From: Nitrospirota bacterium
GTDB taxonomy: Bacteria > Nitrospirota > UBA9217
Direction of reading: 5' to 3'
DNA length: 63,675 nt
Assembly (NCBI GenBank): GCA_043731355.1
Contig: JAYTJE010000068.1
Span: 1-63,675 of the forward strand
In this document: positions 18,371 to 27,676 of the stretch, piece by piece
How the letters are laid out: each line of letters starts with the position of its first letter
Numbering within the stretch: position 1 is the first letter of the stretch
Program-made: the position numbers and the translations under genes
Notes under the pieces: generated by a model
What the model saw: the letters and a program-made list of their open reading frames with translations, nothing else
What the model was told of the DNA's origin: nothing
Databases searched by the model: none

Positions 18371-21289
18371 GTGACCATTTCCGTTAATACCGGCACACGC
18401 GATGTTCCGCTAAAATTCGCCAAGGAACTCACGGCCCAGGTGAATAAAGCATGGGAAGACGGCGATTTCTTCTCCAAGACCACACCTGTGACCCAGGATC
18501 TTCTCCGGTTCTGGTTCAATGATACTTTCTGCGACACTCGCAGCGTCAACTTTCACCTTGGCCAGAAGCAGGCCATCCTGAATACCATCTACCTTCACGA
18601 AATTCTGAAGACCGACTCAGTGTTCGATGTGTACGCTGCGGTGAGCGACGAGATCACTGCCGAGATGGACCTTGCCTATCTCAAGAAGGACAAGTTCAGC
18701 CACCCGAAGTATTGCCTCAAGATGGCTACGGGAACAGGGAAAACCTGGGTACTGGGTGCGCTGTTGATTTGGCAGTATCTGAACGCCCGGTTCGAGGAAG
18801 GGCCGAGCGGCCGGTTCTCAAAGAGGTTCTTGATCGTTGCGCCGGGTCTGATAGTGTACGAGCGTTTGTTGGACGCATACCTGGGAAAGGAAGAACCGGG
18901 CGGGACGAGAAGCTTCGAGACATCGGACTTCAAGAAGTTCGAGGAACTGTTCATCCCGCGTGCATATAAAGAAATGCTCTTCGGGTTCATCCAGGCCAAT
19001 GTGGTCAGGAAAGAAGAACTTGGCCGGAAGGTTACGGGCGACGGTATGATCGCGATCACGAACTGGCATCCTTTGATAGGCGAAGAGGAAGAAGAGACAT
19101 CTTCTGTCTCTCCTCTGGAAGACCCCTCCGGGGCGGTGAAGGAACTATTGCCGGTGACGCCTGGGACTTCGGCAGGTCATTCGCTTGAGTCGCTGGACAA
19201 TCAATACCTGAGCGGCGGAGAGATCAAATATCTGGCTGAACTCGATAATCTTGTAGTGTTTAACGATGAAGCGCACCACATCCACGAGACTAAAAAGGCC
19301 GGGATCGTATCGGAAGTGGAGTGGCAGAAGTCGCTGAACAGAATAGCCGAGGGAAAAGGGAACCGCTTTGTTCAGATTGATTTTTCCGCGACGCCCTATG
19401 ACGTAACCGGCAGCGGCCAGAAGCGGACCAAACATTTCTTCCCGCACATCATAGTGGACTTCGACCTCAAGACCGCTATTCACAAGGGCTTAGTCAAGAC
19501 CATCACACTCGACAAACGCAAAGAGATCGCGACCATGGAGCTTGACTTCAAGGCCGTGCGCGATGGGAACACGGTAGTCGGCCTCTCGGACGGACAGAAA
19601 CTGATGCTCCGGGCAGGGTTGCAGAAGCTAAAGATACTGGATCAGCAGTTCGTGGAACTGACGAAAGACAAGTCCGGCATGAGCGATAAACACCCAAAGA
19701 TGCTGGTTGTCTGCGAGGATACGAACGTCTCGCCCAAGGTCGTTGAATTCCTCGTGAACAGTGAAGGGCTGGGCGCGGATGATGTGATGCAGATTGATTC
19801 GGACCGGAAGGGATCGATCCCGGCGAAAGAGTGGCAGGAAGTGAAACAGCGGCTTTTTAATATGGACCGGCACGAGAAGCCGAAAGTTGTCGTATCCGTG
19901 CTGATGCTTCGTGAAGGCTTCGACGTGAGCAATATCTGCGTGATCGTCCCTCTTCGCTCGTCCCAAGCGCCGATTCTTCTGGAACAGATTATCGGCCGAG
20001 GCTTGCGGCTCATGTGGCGAGAGCAGGATTATAAGGACATCAAAGACGAGAACAGGATCAGGTTGCTTCAAAAGAAACAGGAACCGTCCAACTATCTCGA
20101 CATCCTGAGTATTGTAGAGCACCCCGCGTTTATCGAGTTTTATGATGACCTCGTGAAGGAAGGTCTCATCGCTGAATCGCATGACCTGCCGGGAGACCGG
20201 GAAGGTGTTCTCGGAGACCTCATCCGGGTGGGTCTGAAGGAGAACTACAAGGATTACGATCTCTACTGGCCGATCATCGTGCAGGACAAGGAAGAACTCC
20301 TTCAGGTCATGGAACCGTCCGCTGAATATTTAACGAAATTCGATTGGTATACCCTCGACCAACTCAAGAATATGGTTCCGAAGGAAGGGGAGTCTTTCAT
20401 CTCCGAGGAAGTGACCGTCAAGACGCGCTTCGGTGAGTACCGAGTGTCGGGCGACTTGTTTACCGCCAAGAGCTATAATGAATTTCTTTCCAAGATCATC
20501 AGAGTGATCACGGGCGCTTTTGAGTCAACAGGCAGAAGGACTAAGGATTATCCCTTCATGCAGATCAACAATGTGATGCTGGTGAAGGTGGTTGATGATT
20601 TTATCAGGGGCCGCTTGTTCAGCCAGGTTTTCGATCCTTTCATGGACAATAATTGGCGGGTTTTGCTCCTATCAAAACAAGGCATCACGCAGCACATTAT
20701 CAAGGAAGTAAGCCAGACCATCTACGATATGCAGAACAATATACGGATTGAAGATGCCGTCGTGATGAAACGGTATTTCTCGGAGATTGACGAGTTGAAA
20801 ATGCGGGAAAACTTTTCGCTGCCGATCACCAAAACCATCTATGACCGGTTGCCGTACCCATCGAACAAGGGCGAGCTGGAGAAAAACTTCATGCTCTATT
20901 GCGATGGAGATGCACAGGTTGACAGCTTCCTCAAGATAAACGATAAGTACCATCTGTTTGCCCATTTCAGCTATATTCGCACTGACGGAATGCTGTCCGC
21001 GTATTATCCTGACTTTATCGTCAAGATCAACACCGACATGTACCTGGTGGAGACGAAGGCGCAGAAAGACGTGAAGGATGCGAACGTAAAGCAGAAGGAA
21101 CTCGGCGCTCTGGACAGGCTGAACAAGATCAATGAATTGAACCCCGATGACCGTATGGGGTGTGAATGGCATTATGTTCTGCTCGGCGAGACAACCTTCT
21201 ATACCATGCGCGACAAAGGCGCGTCTATAAAAGAGATCATGGATTTCTCGAAGCTGACGAGGCAGAAGGTTAGCGGCAGTCTTTTTTAG
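18371..21289 (+). CDS. res: type III restriction enzyme Res subunit (SF2 helicase plus PD-(D/E)xK nuclease)
   Basis: Walker A MATGTGKTW, DEAH box VFNDEAHHI, motif III FSATP, motif VI QIIGRGLR. C-terminal YYPDFIVK...YLVETKAQKD nuclease motif. Confidence 0.85.
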   Translation: MTISVNTGTRDVPLKFAKELTAQVNKAWEDGDFFSKTTPVTQDLLRFWFNDTFCDTRSVNFHLGQKQAILNTIYLHEILKTDSVFDVYAAVSDEITAEMDLAYLKKDKFSHPKYCLKMATGTGKTWVLGALLIWQYLNARFEEGPSGRFSKRFLIVAPGLIVYERLLDAYLGKEEPGGTRSFETSDFKKFEELFIPRAYKEMLFGFIQANVVRKEELGRKVTGDGMIAITNWHPLIGEEEEETSSVSPLEDPSGAVKELLPVTPGTSAGHSLESLDNQYLSGGEIKYLAELDNLVVFNDEAHHIHETKKAGIVSEVEWQKSLNRIAEGKGNRFVQIDFSATPYDVTGSGQKRTKHFFPHIIVDFDLKTAIHKGLVKTITLDKRKEIATMELDFKAVRDGNTVVGLSDGQKLMLRAGLQKLKILDQQFVELTKDKSGMSDKHPKMLVVCEDTNVSPKVVEFLVNSEGLGADDVMQIDSDRKGSIPAKEWQEVKQRLFNMDRHEKPKVVVSVLMLREGFDVSNICVIVPLRSSQAPILLEQIIGRGLRLMWREQDYKDIKDENRIRLLQKKQEPSNYLDILSIVEHPAFIEFYDDLVKEGLIAESHDLPGDREGVLGDLIRVGLKENYKDYDLYWPIIVQDKEELLQVMEPSAEYLTKFDWYTLDQLKNMVPKEGESFISEEVTVKTRFGEYRVSGDLFTAKSYNEFLSKIIRVITGAFESTGRRTKDYPFMQINNVMLVKVVDDFIRGRLFSQVFDPFMDNNWRVLLLSKQGITQHIIKEVSQTIYDMQNNIRIEDAVVMKRYFSEIDELKMRENFSLPITKTIYDRLPYPSNKGELEKNFMLYCDGDAQVDSFLKINDKYHLFAHFSYIRTDGMLSAYYPDFIVKINTDMYLVETKAQKDVKDANVKQKELGALDRLNKINELNPDDRMGCEWHYVLLGETTFYTMRDKGASIKEIMDFSKLTRQKVSGSLF

Positions 21290-21333
21290 GCACAAAGTTG
21301 AAGTAGAGGTGTGCAGGCGGTTAGCGAAAAAAC

Positions 21334-21364
21334 AACATGCCACAGCATGGCGCTGTGGCATGTT
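21334..21364 (-). terminator. rho-independent terminator for the two-CW genes (right copy of the duplicated hairpin)
   Basis: AACATGCCACAGC-atggc-GCTGTGGCATGTT. On the minus strand it is followed by GTTGTTTTTTCG. Confidence 0.6.
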
Positions 21365-21391
21365 TCTGTAAAGACTGGGTTGTGACCGCTC

Positions 21392-21763
21392 TTAGTGTGA
21401 ATCGGTTTTCTGGTTCGTTGGCGGCGTTCCGTCAGGCATACCGAACCGCAGCTTTTCGATGGACCGCTCCATACCCAGGCGTGTCGCGGAAAATCCGAGC
21501 GGCGTCGGGTCTTCCTCTTTTTTCACCGCATTCATGAAATCACATCTCCAGCAGTTCGACAGCTTCTGTGCATAGGTGCCCTGGATCTTGCCGCCACAGA
21601 GCGAGCCTGCAATTGCCCAGCAGGCCCTTCCGGCATTTTTCCCCTCGTGGACGCCGTGCAGGTCCTTATGGGTGGTAACGGGGCAGATGCCCAGCTCCTG
21701 GGACTTGTGTCCTCCCGGCTGTCTTCCGCAATTTTTGTGTTCCCAGCAGTTCAATTTAGCCAT
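21392..21763 (-). CDS. small cysteine-rich protein, two-CW-domain-like (paralogue B)
   Basis: CWEHKNCG...CPV...ACWAIAGSLCGG...CWRCDF pattern. By eye roughly 80 percent identical over the first ~100 aa to the upstream gene. Confidence 0.7.
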   Translation of the reverse strand: MAKLNCWEHKNCGRQPGGHKSQELGICPVTTHKDLHGVHEGKNAGRACWAIAGSLCGGKIQGTYAQKLSNCWRCDFMNAVKKEEDPTPLGFSATRLGMERSIEKLRFGMPDGTPPTNQKTDSH

Positions 21764-22188
21764 CGTTCAATACTCCAACCTTTCTGTAAAAATTTTCCTC
21801 CCCCGGAAGTTTGTAGTTTAGTTTTGATCTGGTCAACCACCGGCGCGCTTCTCATTGGGGCGGTTTTGGTTGCCCGTTCTTTTTCGAGCGCCTTGTCCAT
21901 GCCGAGACGCGTGGCGGAAAAACCGAAGGTGGTTGGTTCTTCCTCGATCTTGACGGAGTTCATGAAATCGCATCTCCAGCAGTTGTGCAGTTTTTGCGCG
22001 TACGTGCCCTGGATCTTGCCGCCGCACAGCGAACCCGCAATGGCCCAGCAGGCCCGGCCCGCATTCTGACCCTCATGTGCCCCGTTCAGCTCCTTGTAGG
22101 TAGTGACCGGACAAATACCGAGCTCTGCGGCCTTGCCGCCGCCCGGCTGCCGTCCGCACTTTTTGTGCTCCCAACAGTTTTTCTTCAT
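21751..22188 (-). CDS. small cysteine-rich protein, two-CW-domain-like (paralogue A)
   Basis: MKKNCWEHKKCGRQPGG...ACWAIAGSLCGGKIQGTYAQKLHNCWRCDF. Overlaps paralogue B by 13 nt. Confidence 0.7.
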   Translation of the reverse strand: MKKNCWEHKKCGRQPGGGKAAELGICPVTTYKELNGAHEGQNAGRACWAIAGSLCGGKIQGTYAQKLHNCWRCDFMNSVKIEEEPTTFGFSATRLGMDKALEKERATKTAPMRSAPVVDQIKTKLQTSGGGKFLQKGWSIERWLN

Positions 22189-22271
22189 CGCCCCCCCCCG
22201 AGGTCCGCCTTATTCAAAAAAGTAATTCCGCCTTAGAGAAACTGCGAATAGAGCTTCTCAGGATTTCGTGT

Positions 22272-22300
22272 ACTATAATTAATGCCGAAAATAAAATCAA
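22272..22300 (-). promoter_or_regulatory. sigma-70-type promoter for the two-CW gene pair
   Basis: Minus strand reads TTGATT, 17 nt, TATAGT, inside the AT-rich trmJ/two-CW spacer. Confidence 0.4.
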
Positions 22301-22327
22301 TGGAAATATTGAAGTAAAGATATTCTG

Positions 22328-23086
22328 CTAATCACAGCTTGAGGGGGCCGGCCTTTGTTTTTCCGTGTTTCGGGCACGGTCCACCGCGCTCAGGATGCCC
22401 TGCAATATTTTTATGTCGCGTTCGCCGAGGCGGGCTTTACCGAAGAGCTGACGCAAAGAAAGCATCATGCGTTCCGGCTTCGAAGGATCAATGAACTCAA
22501 CGTCCTGCAAGGTCCGCTGCAGGTGGCGATAAAACTGTTCCGCATCCGCCCCTGCGGCCAGCGCGGTCCGGGAAACAGAGGGCGCGGCCCCCGCGGCCAG
22601 GAACAGCTCATAGGCCACGATCATGACCGCATGGGAAAGGTTCAGGGAAGGAAAAGCTTCGGCCGAGGGAATGGCGATCAATTCATGGCAGAGAGCGAGC
22701 TCCTGGTTCGTCAGTCCATTGACCTCATTCCCGAACACGATTGCCGCCCTGTTGTGCGCCAGCAGCGGGACCACCTGTTCGGCCTGCACGCGCGGAGAAC
22801 GGAGACTCTTCCGCTGCTTGCCTTTGTGGCGTGTTGTGCCGAGCACCAGGTGATGGTCGGCGACAGCCGCGGCAAGCGTGTCACAGGTCCGCGCAGCGGC
22901 GAGGACCGCATCCGCTCCCGCGGCCAGCTTGAGCGCTTCATGGTTCCGGTCGATCGGCGGATCGACAAGGATCAGGCGGGAGAGGCCCATGTTCATCATG
23001 CACCGGGCCACAGCCCCGATGTTGGCCGGCGTCTTCGTACCCACCAGGATGATGCTGATGTTGTCGAGCAAGCTTTGTTTTCGCAT
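22328..23086 (-). CDS. trmJ: SpoU/TrmH-family tRNA 2'-O-methyltransferase (TrmJ-like)
   Basis: ISIILVGTKTPANIGAVARCMMNMGLSRLILV N-terminus and a C-terminal LNLSHAVMIVAYE knot motif. Confidence 0.8.
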   Translation of the reverse strand: MRKQSLLDNISIILVGTKTPANIGAVARCMMNMGLSRLILVDPPIDRNHEALKLAAGADAVLAAARTCDTLAAAVADHHLVLGTTRHKGKQRKSLRSPRVQAEQVVPLLAHNRAAIVFGNEVNGLTNQELALCHELIAIPSAEAFPSLNLSHAVMIVAYELFLAAGAAPSVSRTALAAGADAEQFYRHLQRTLQDVEFIDPSKPERMMLSLRQLFGKARLGERDIKILQGILSAVDRARNTEKQRPAPSSCD

Positions 23087-23094
23087 GTCGCTGA

Positions 23095-24057
23095 TTATGC
23101 TATCCCGTCTCCATAATGGTCTTTCCCCGGATGGATCTTCGCGATCAGCGAGGTATCAAAGATCTCCTCCTGGTCCGGCTTCCGTTTTATATACCCCAGT
23201 TTCTTGAGCGCGCGGACGAAAGCCATGGTCGCGGCGATGTACGCCGGCGTGAGCTGTGCGCAATACTTTGGCGAAACCCTCAGGGTCTCGAGCACGAACT
23301 CCGGGTCTATGATGCCCACCTGCTGCGCGATCGTTCGCGCCGCATCTGCCGGATCGTTCCTGAGAACCGCCTCTGCTTCCTCATGAGCGATCAGGAATCT
23401 TTCAACATGCTCCTGATGCGTTTTCAGAAAGGACTTGTCAGCCACGATGCCGTAGCTCGGATTGTCCGGCCAGAGCCGGGCTGCGGGATAGAGTATCTTT
23501 CCTTTGGCAAAGCGTTTGATCGCGATGGCCAGGGCCGGGGTCCCGAATGCTGCCGCCACTGCTTCGGTCGCCACCGCCTCGGTGACAAGATCCGCCCAGG
23601 GGTAGTTCTTTACAAGAATATTTTTTCCTGGCGCGTACCGCGCGATGCAGTCCTTCAGGATGACATCGTGGATGGACCCGTTCCCCGGCACACCGATCGT
23701 CTTGCCCTCGAACTGGCCCAGTATTGCGCCAAGATCGTCAGTCTCCGGGAAGCCCAGCCAGCGCGACTTTCCGGCCATGACCGTGCCTTCCATGTGTCCG
23801 CCCGCGATGCAGACGATCGGGGCGCCCTGTTCCATGGCGATGATGGCCGGCGGAAGACCGATGTAGGCCAGATCGAGCTCGCCCCTGCCAAAGGCTTTCA
23901 TGATGGCGGGGCCGGTGCCCATAAGCGTCCATTCGGCATCTATCCCCGGATGCGCCAAAAGATCCTTCCTCGCCATCAGGAGGATGGCGGTATGGTAGAA
24001 GGTGGAGAGATGTCCTATCCTGAGCTTCACGGAAGCATAATAGTCAACATTGTCCAT
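23095..24057 (-). CDS. NMT1/THI5-like (SsuA/TauA-type) periplasmic-binding-fold protein with no obvious signal peptide
   Basis: LRIGHLSTFYHTAILL...LDLAYIGLPPAI pattern of NitT/TauT-type binding proteins. Start moved to MDNVDYY (24057). Confidence 0.6.
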   Translation of the reverse strand: MDNVDYYASVKLRIGHLSTFYHTAILLMARKDLLAHPGIDAEWTLMGTGPAIMKAFGRGELDLAYIGLPPAIIAMEQGAPIVCIAGGHMEGTVMAGKSRWLGFPETDDLGAILGQFEGKTIGVPGNGSIHDVILKDCIARYAPGKNILVKNYPWADLVTEAVATEAVAAAFGTPALAIAIKRFAKGKILYPAARLWPDNPSYGIVADKSFLKTHQEHVERFLIAHEEAEAVLRNDPADAARTIAQQVGIIDPEFVLETLRVSPKYCAQLTPAYIAATMAFVRALKKLGYIKRKPDQEEIFDTSLIAKIHPGKDHYGDGIA

Positions 24058-24154
24058 GGAGTCAAGCAGGGTAAATTTCGAGCTCAACCTGCGTCGCTTG
24101 CCAAAGCACCGCTGCTCAGGTAGAATTACTTCACAAGACGCACAGGAGAAAACC

Positions 24155-25186
24155 ATGGAGCTTCATTTCACCAGAACCAACGGCCCGGTCGATGACGCCA
24201 TCGACCGATTGATCCGGGAAGCAGGCGATGTCCAGCGCCCGGAGCTCGTGCGCGAGATGGTGCTTTCGGCGCTCAAGGCCGGCCAGGAGGACGATGAACG
24301 CGCCGACCTCAAGCTCATGAACTCGACGCTCAAGGAAATGCGCTTCACCGCCAAGGTCTTCGGCCCGTACCGTAAAGTGCGCAAGGTCACGGTCTTCGGG
24401 TCCGCGCGCACGAACCCGGACACCGCCATCTATGCCATGGCAAGTGAGTTCGGCAGGAAATTGACCGAGGCGGGGTACATGGTCATCACCGGCGGCGGCG
24501 GGGGCATCATGCAGGCAGTGAACGAAGGCGCGGGACCCGAACATTCCTTCGGCGTCAATATCAGGCTCCCTTTTGAACAAAAGGCGAATCCGGTGCTCGA
24601 AGGCAACCCTCGCCTCATCACGTACAAATATTTTTTCAACCGCAAAGTGGCGTTCCTCAAGGAGGCCCATGCCGTAGCGCTCTTCCCCGGAGGCTTCGGC
24701 ACTCTCGATGAGGCCATGGAAACGCTCACCCTGATCCAGACCGGCAAGCGGGACCCACTGCCGCTCGTGCTGGTCGATGAGCCGGGCGGCAGGTATTGGG
24801 ACGGGCTCGTCAAGTTCTTTACCGAGGAGCTCAACTCTCATGGGTATATCGGCGCCGAGGACTTCACGCTGTTCGAGCGCGCAACGTCCGCGGATGAAGC
24901 GGTCAGCAAGATCGCCCATTTCTACCGGCGCTACCACAGCATGCGATATGTAGACGGCAAGCTCGTGCTGAGACTCTCGTCAGCGCTCGCACCCGAGGTG
25001 GTAACCCGGCTCGCCGCAGAGTTCAGCGATATCCTTGCGCCCGGCGGCGGCATGGCGAGCTCGGGCGCCTTGTCCGCCGAGACCGACGATCCGGAGCTTG
25101 CCCATTTGCCCCGGCTCGTGGTCGATTTCAACCGCAGGGATTTCGGGAGAATGCGCGGCCTTATTGACCGGATCAATGAGTTTTAA
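24155..25186 (+). CDS. LOG-family (TIGR00730-type) nucleotide-binding/phosphoribohydrolase-like protein
   Basis: GGGGGIMQAVNEGA and PGGFGTLDE motifs. ATG 24155 preferred over the 24050 ORF start. Confidence 0.8.
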   Translation: MELHFTRTNGPVDDAIDRLIREAGDVQRPELVREMVLSALKAGQEDDERADLKLMNSTLKEMRFTAKVFGPYRKVRKVTVFGSARTNPDTAIYAMASEFGRKLTEAGYMVITGGGGGIMQAVNEGAGPEHSFGVNIRLPFEQKANPVLEGNPRLITYKYFFNRKVAFLKEAHAVALFPGGFGTLDEAMETLTLIQTGKRDPLPLVLVDEPGGRYWDGLVKFFTEELNSHGYIGAEDFTLFERATSADEAVSKIAHFYRRYHSMRYVDGKLVLRLSSALAPEVVTRLAAEFSDILAPGGGMASSGALSAETDDPELAHLPRLVVDFNRRDFGRMRGLIDRINEF

Positions 25187-25197
25187 CGGTAAATTCC

Positions 25198-25226
25198 TTG
25201 ACTTTTCCGCCCTGAGTTGTTATTTT
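25198..25226 (+). promoter_or_regulatory. possible sigma-70 promoter for prfC
   Basis: TTGACT, 17 nt, TATTTT, about 40 nt upstream of the prfC ATG. Confidence 0.35.
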
Positions 25227-25266
25227 ACGTGGCTACGTCAGTACGTTAGAACGCAGCCAACCTACC

Positions 25267-26871
25267 ATGGACTATTCAGACGAAATACAGAAACGGCGCA
25301 CCTTCGCCATCATCAGCCATCCCGACGCGGGAAAGACCACGCTGACCGAGAAGTTCCTGCTCTTCGGCGGCGCGATCCAGGTTGCCGGCGCGGTGAAGTC
25401 GAACAAGATCCGGAAGAGCACGTCCTCGGACTTCATGGACATCGAGCGCCAGCGCGGCATCTCGGTCGCCACGTCGGTCATGGGCTTCGACTACAACGGG
25501 CTCAAGATCAACCTGCTCGACACGCCGGGGCACAAGGACTTCGCCGAGGACACCTACCGCACGCTGACCGCCGTGGACAGCGTCATCCTCGTCATCGACT
25601 GCGCCAAGGGCGTGGAAGAGCAGACCCTGCGGCTCATGGAAGTCTGCCGCATGCGGAACACCCCGGTCATTGTCTTCGTGAACAAGCTCGACCGCGAAGG
25701 CAAGCATCCCTTCGAGCTTTTGGACGAACTTGAAGTGAAGCTGAACATCAAGGTCCAGCCGCTCTCCTGGCCCATAAGCATGGGCAGCTCCTTCAAGGGC
25801 GTCTATAACCTCTATAACAACAGCCTCTACCTTTTCCGCGCCGGCGGCGCAACAGTGCAGACCGACGTGCTGGAAGTGAAGGGAATATCCGATCCTCTGC
25901 TGGACCAGCAGCTCGGCGACTACGCGGTGAAGCTCCGGGAGGACGTGGAGCTCATTGTCGGCACGCACAACCCTTTTGACGTACAGGCCTATCTGAAGGG
26001 AGAGCTTGCGCCGGTCTTCTTCGGCAGCGCCATCAACAACTTCGGCGTGAAGGAGCTTTTGGACACCTTTACCGAGATCGCGCCAACGCCCGGCAGCCGC
26101 CCCACGGACCAGCGCACGGTCAACGCCGATGAACAGGATTTCACCGGGTTCGTGTTCAAGATCCACGCGAACCTGGACCCTCGCCACCGCGACCGCATCG
26201 CCTTTATCCGCGTCTGCTCCGGCAAGTTCGAGCGGAACAAAATGTTCCTGCACGTGCGCCTCGGCAAGAACCTCCGCTTTACCAGCCCGGCAAGCTTTCT
26301 GGGCGCGCGAAAAAGCATCGTGGACGAGGCCTTCCCCGGCGATGTGATCGGTCTGTACGACACCGGCAATTTCAAGATCGGCGACACGCTTACCGAAGGC
26401 GAGAAGCTCATGTTCCAGGGTATCCCGACCTTTTCGCCCGAGGTTTTCAAGGAACTGGTGAACCGCGATCCGGGCAAGTCCAAGCAGCTTGCGAAAGGTA
26501 TTGAACAGCTCACCGACGAAGGCGTGGCCCAGCTCTTTACGCAGCACCAGGGCAACCGCAGGATCGTGGGCACCGTGGGCCAGCTGCAGTTCGACGTGCT
26601 CCAGTACCGCCTGGAGCATGAATACAACGCGAAATGCAGCTTTGAACCCATGGCTATTTACAAGGCATGCTGGATCACGACAACGGACAATGCGGAGATG
26701 GAGAAGTTCGTGAGGTTCAAGTCGGACCGCATTGCCACGGACAAGGACGGCAACACGGTTTTCCTTGCGGAGTCGGAATGGGTGCTCAGGAACATGATCG
26801 AGGCCTATCCCGCGGTCAAGTTCCACTTTACGTCGGAGTTCAAGCGGGAGATGCAGGAAGTGAAGAAGTAG
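25267..26871 (+). CDS. prfC: peptide chain release factor 3
   Basis: [28 protein letters not shown] and NKLD GTPase motifs. Full-length RF3-like. Confidence 0.95.
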   Translation: MDYSDEIQKRRTFAIISHPDAGKTTLTEKFLLFGGAIQVAGAVKSNKIRKSTSSDFMDIERQRGISVATSVMGFDYNGLKINLLDTPGHKDFAEDTYRTLTAVDSVILVIDCAKGVEEQTLRLMEVCRMRNTPVIVFVNKLDREGKHPFELLDELEVKLNIKVQPLSWPISMGSSFKGVYNLYNNSLYLFRAGGATVQTDVLEVKGISDPLLDQQLGDYAVKLREDVELIVGTHNPFDVQAYLKGELAPVFFGSAINNFGVKELLDTFTEIAPTPGSRPTDQRTVNADEQDFTGFVFKIHANLDPRHRDRIAFIRVCSGKFERNKMFLHVRLGKNLRFTSPASFLGARKSIVDEAFPGDVIGLYDTGNFKIGDTLTEGEKLMFQGIPTFSPEVFKELVNRDPGKSKQLAKGIEQLTDEGVAQLFTQHQGNRRIVGTVGQLQFDVLQYRLEHEYNAKCSFEPMAIYKACWITTTDNAEMEKFVRFKSDRIATDKDGNTVFLAESEWVLRNMIEAYPAVKFHFTSEFKREMQEVKK

Positions 26872-26959
26872 TTCAGTTTACCGATTCGGTTTGATCTGAG
26901 ACTGTAAAAGCACATGCAGGGCGGTTCCGAATATCGGCATTAACTCCGCTCTTGTTTTA

Positions 26960-27280
26960 TCATCGCCCTGCACAAATCCGGGAATTACTGAATAGCACCT
27001 GCTGAAAAGCTGCTCCACTTCCCCTTGAGCTAAAGCCGATTACAACGAATGCATCAACCGGTAGAACGGCGCTCGAAGCGATACTGCTTCGTCCCAGCAA
27101 CAGAAGTGCCGCATCCGAGATGTCCTGCGCAGTCCGCGTTATTCCGAGTTGCAGCAGGTCCTGGTGAGTTATCGGTGCACGACCGGCATCAGGCACAGTA
27201 ACGGGATCCATCGATTTTACCGCGGAAGAAATCAGTGCTCTGGCCAGCGGTTTCGCCGCCAGATCGAACGGGTAATCCAA
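26960..27280 (-). CDS. hypothetical protein (106 aa), downstream member of a coupled pair
   Basis: TTG start 6 nt after AGGAG, which immediately follows the upstream gene's TAA. No family recognised. Confidence 0.4.
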   Translation of the reverse strand: MDYPFDLAAKPLARALISSAVKSMDPVTVPDAGRAPITHQDLLQLGITRTAQDISDAALLLLGRSSIASSAVLPVDAFVVIGFSSRGSGAAFQQVLFSNSRICAGR

Positions 27281-27291
27281 GGTGAGCTCCT

Positions 27292-27591
27292 TTATGCCTT
27301 GGTAAGGTTTTCCCTTTCATAGGCCATGACCCGCTCACGCTCCTCTGCCACCGACAGCGACTCAAGGTACTTCTGCATCTCAACCGCATTGGGAAACGCC
27401 GTCGGAAACTGAGCGTCAGAGACGCAGACCACCAGGACAGTCTTCACCAGATCCATCACGCTGAATTCGAGGAGTTCGCGGATCCTTCCAGGCGCGGCCT
27501 GCTTGAGCCGGAGAGGACGCTCATGATACCATCCCTCGCCGTGAGGAGTGATGGGGGCAGTTTCGGTATTATTCGCTTTTGTCACGGTCAT
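27292..27591 (-). CDS. hypothetical protein (about 99 aa), upstream member of a coupled pair
   Basis: ORF trimmed to MTVTKANN so it does not overlap vapC. C-terminal helical, charged tail. No family recognised. Confidence 0.4.
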   Translation of the reverse strand: MTVTKANNTETAPITPHGEGWYHERPLRLKQAAPGRIRELLEFSVMDLVKTVLVVCVSDAQFPTAFPNAVEMQKYLESLSVAEERERVMAYERENLTKA

Positions 27592-27676
27592 GCCTTGTTT
27601 GGCCGCAAAGGCGGAAACATGCGTGCGGAGAAGCTGGATTCCGCTGATTGGATCGGTTAGGGTCTGGCTTATGGGC

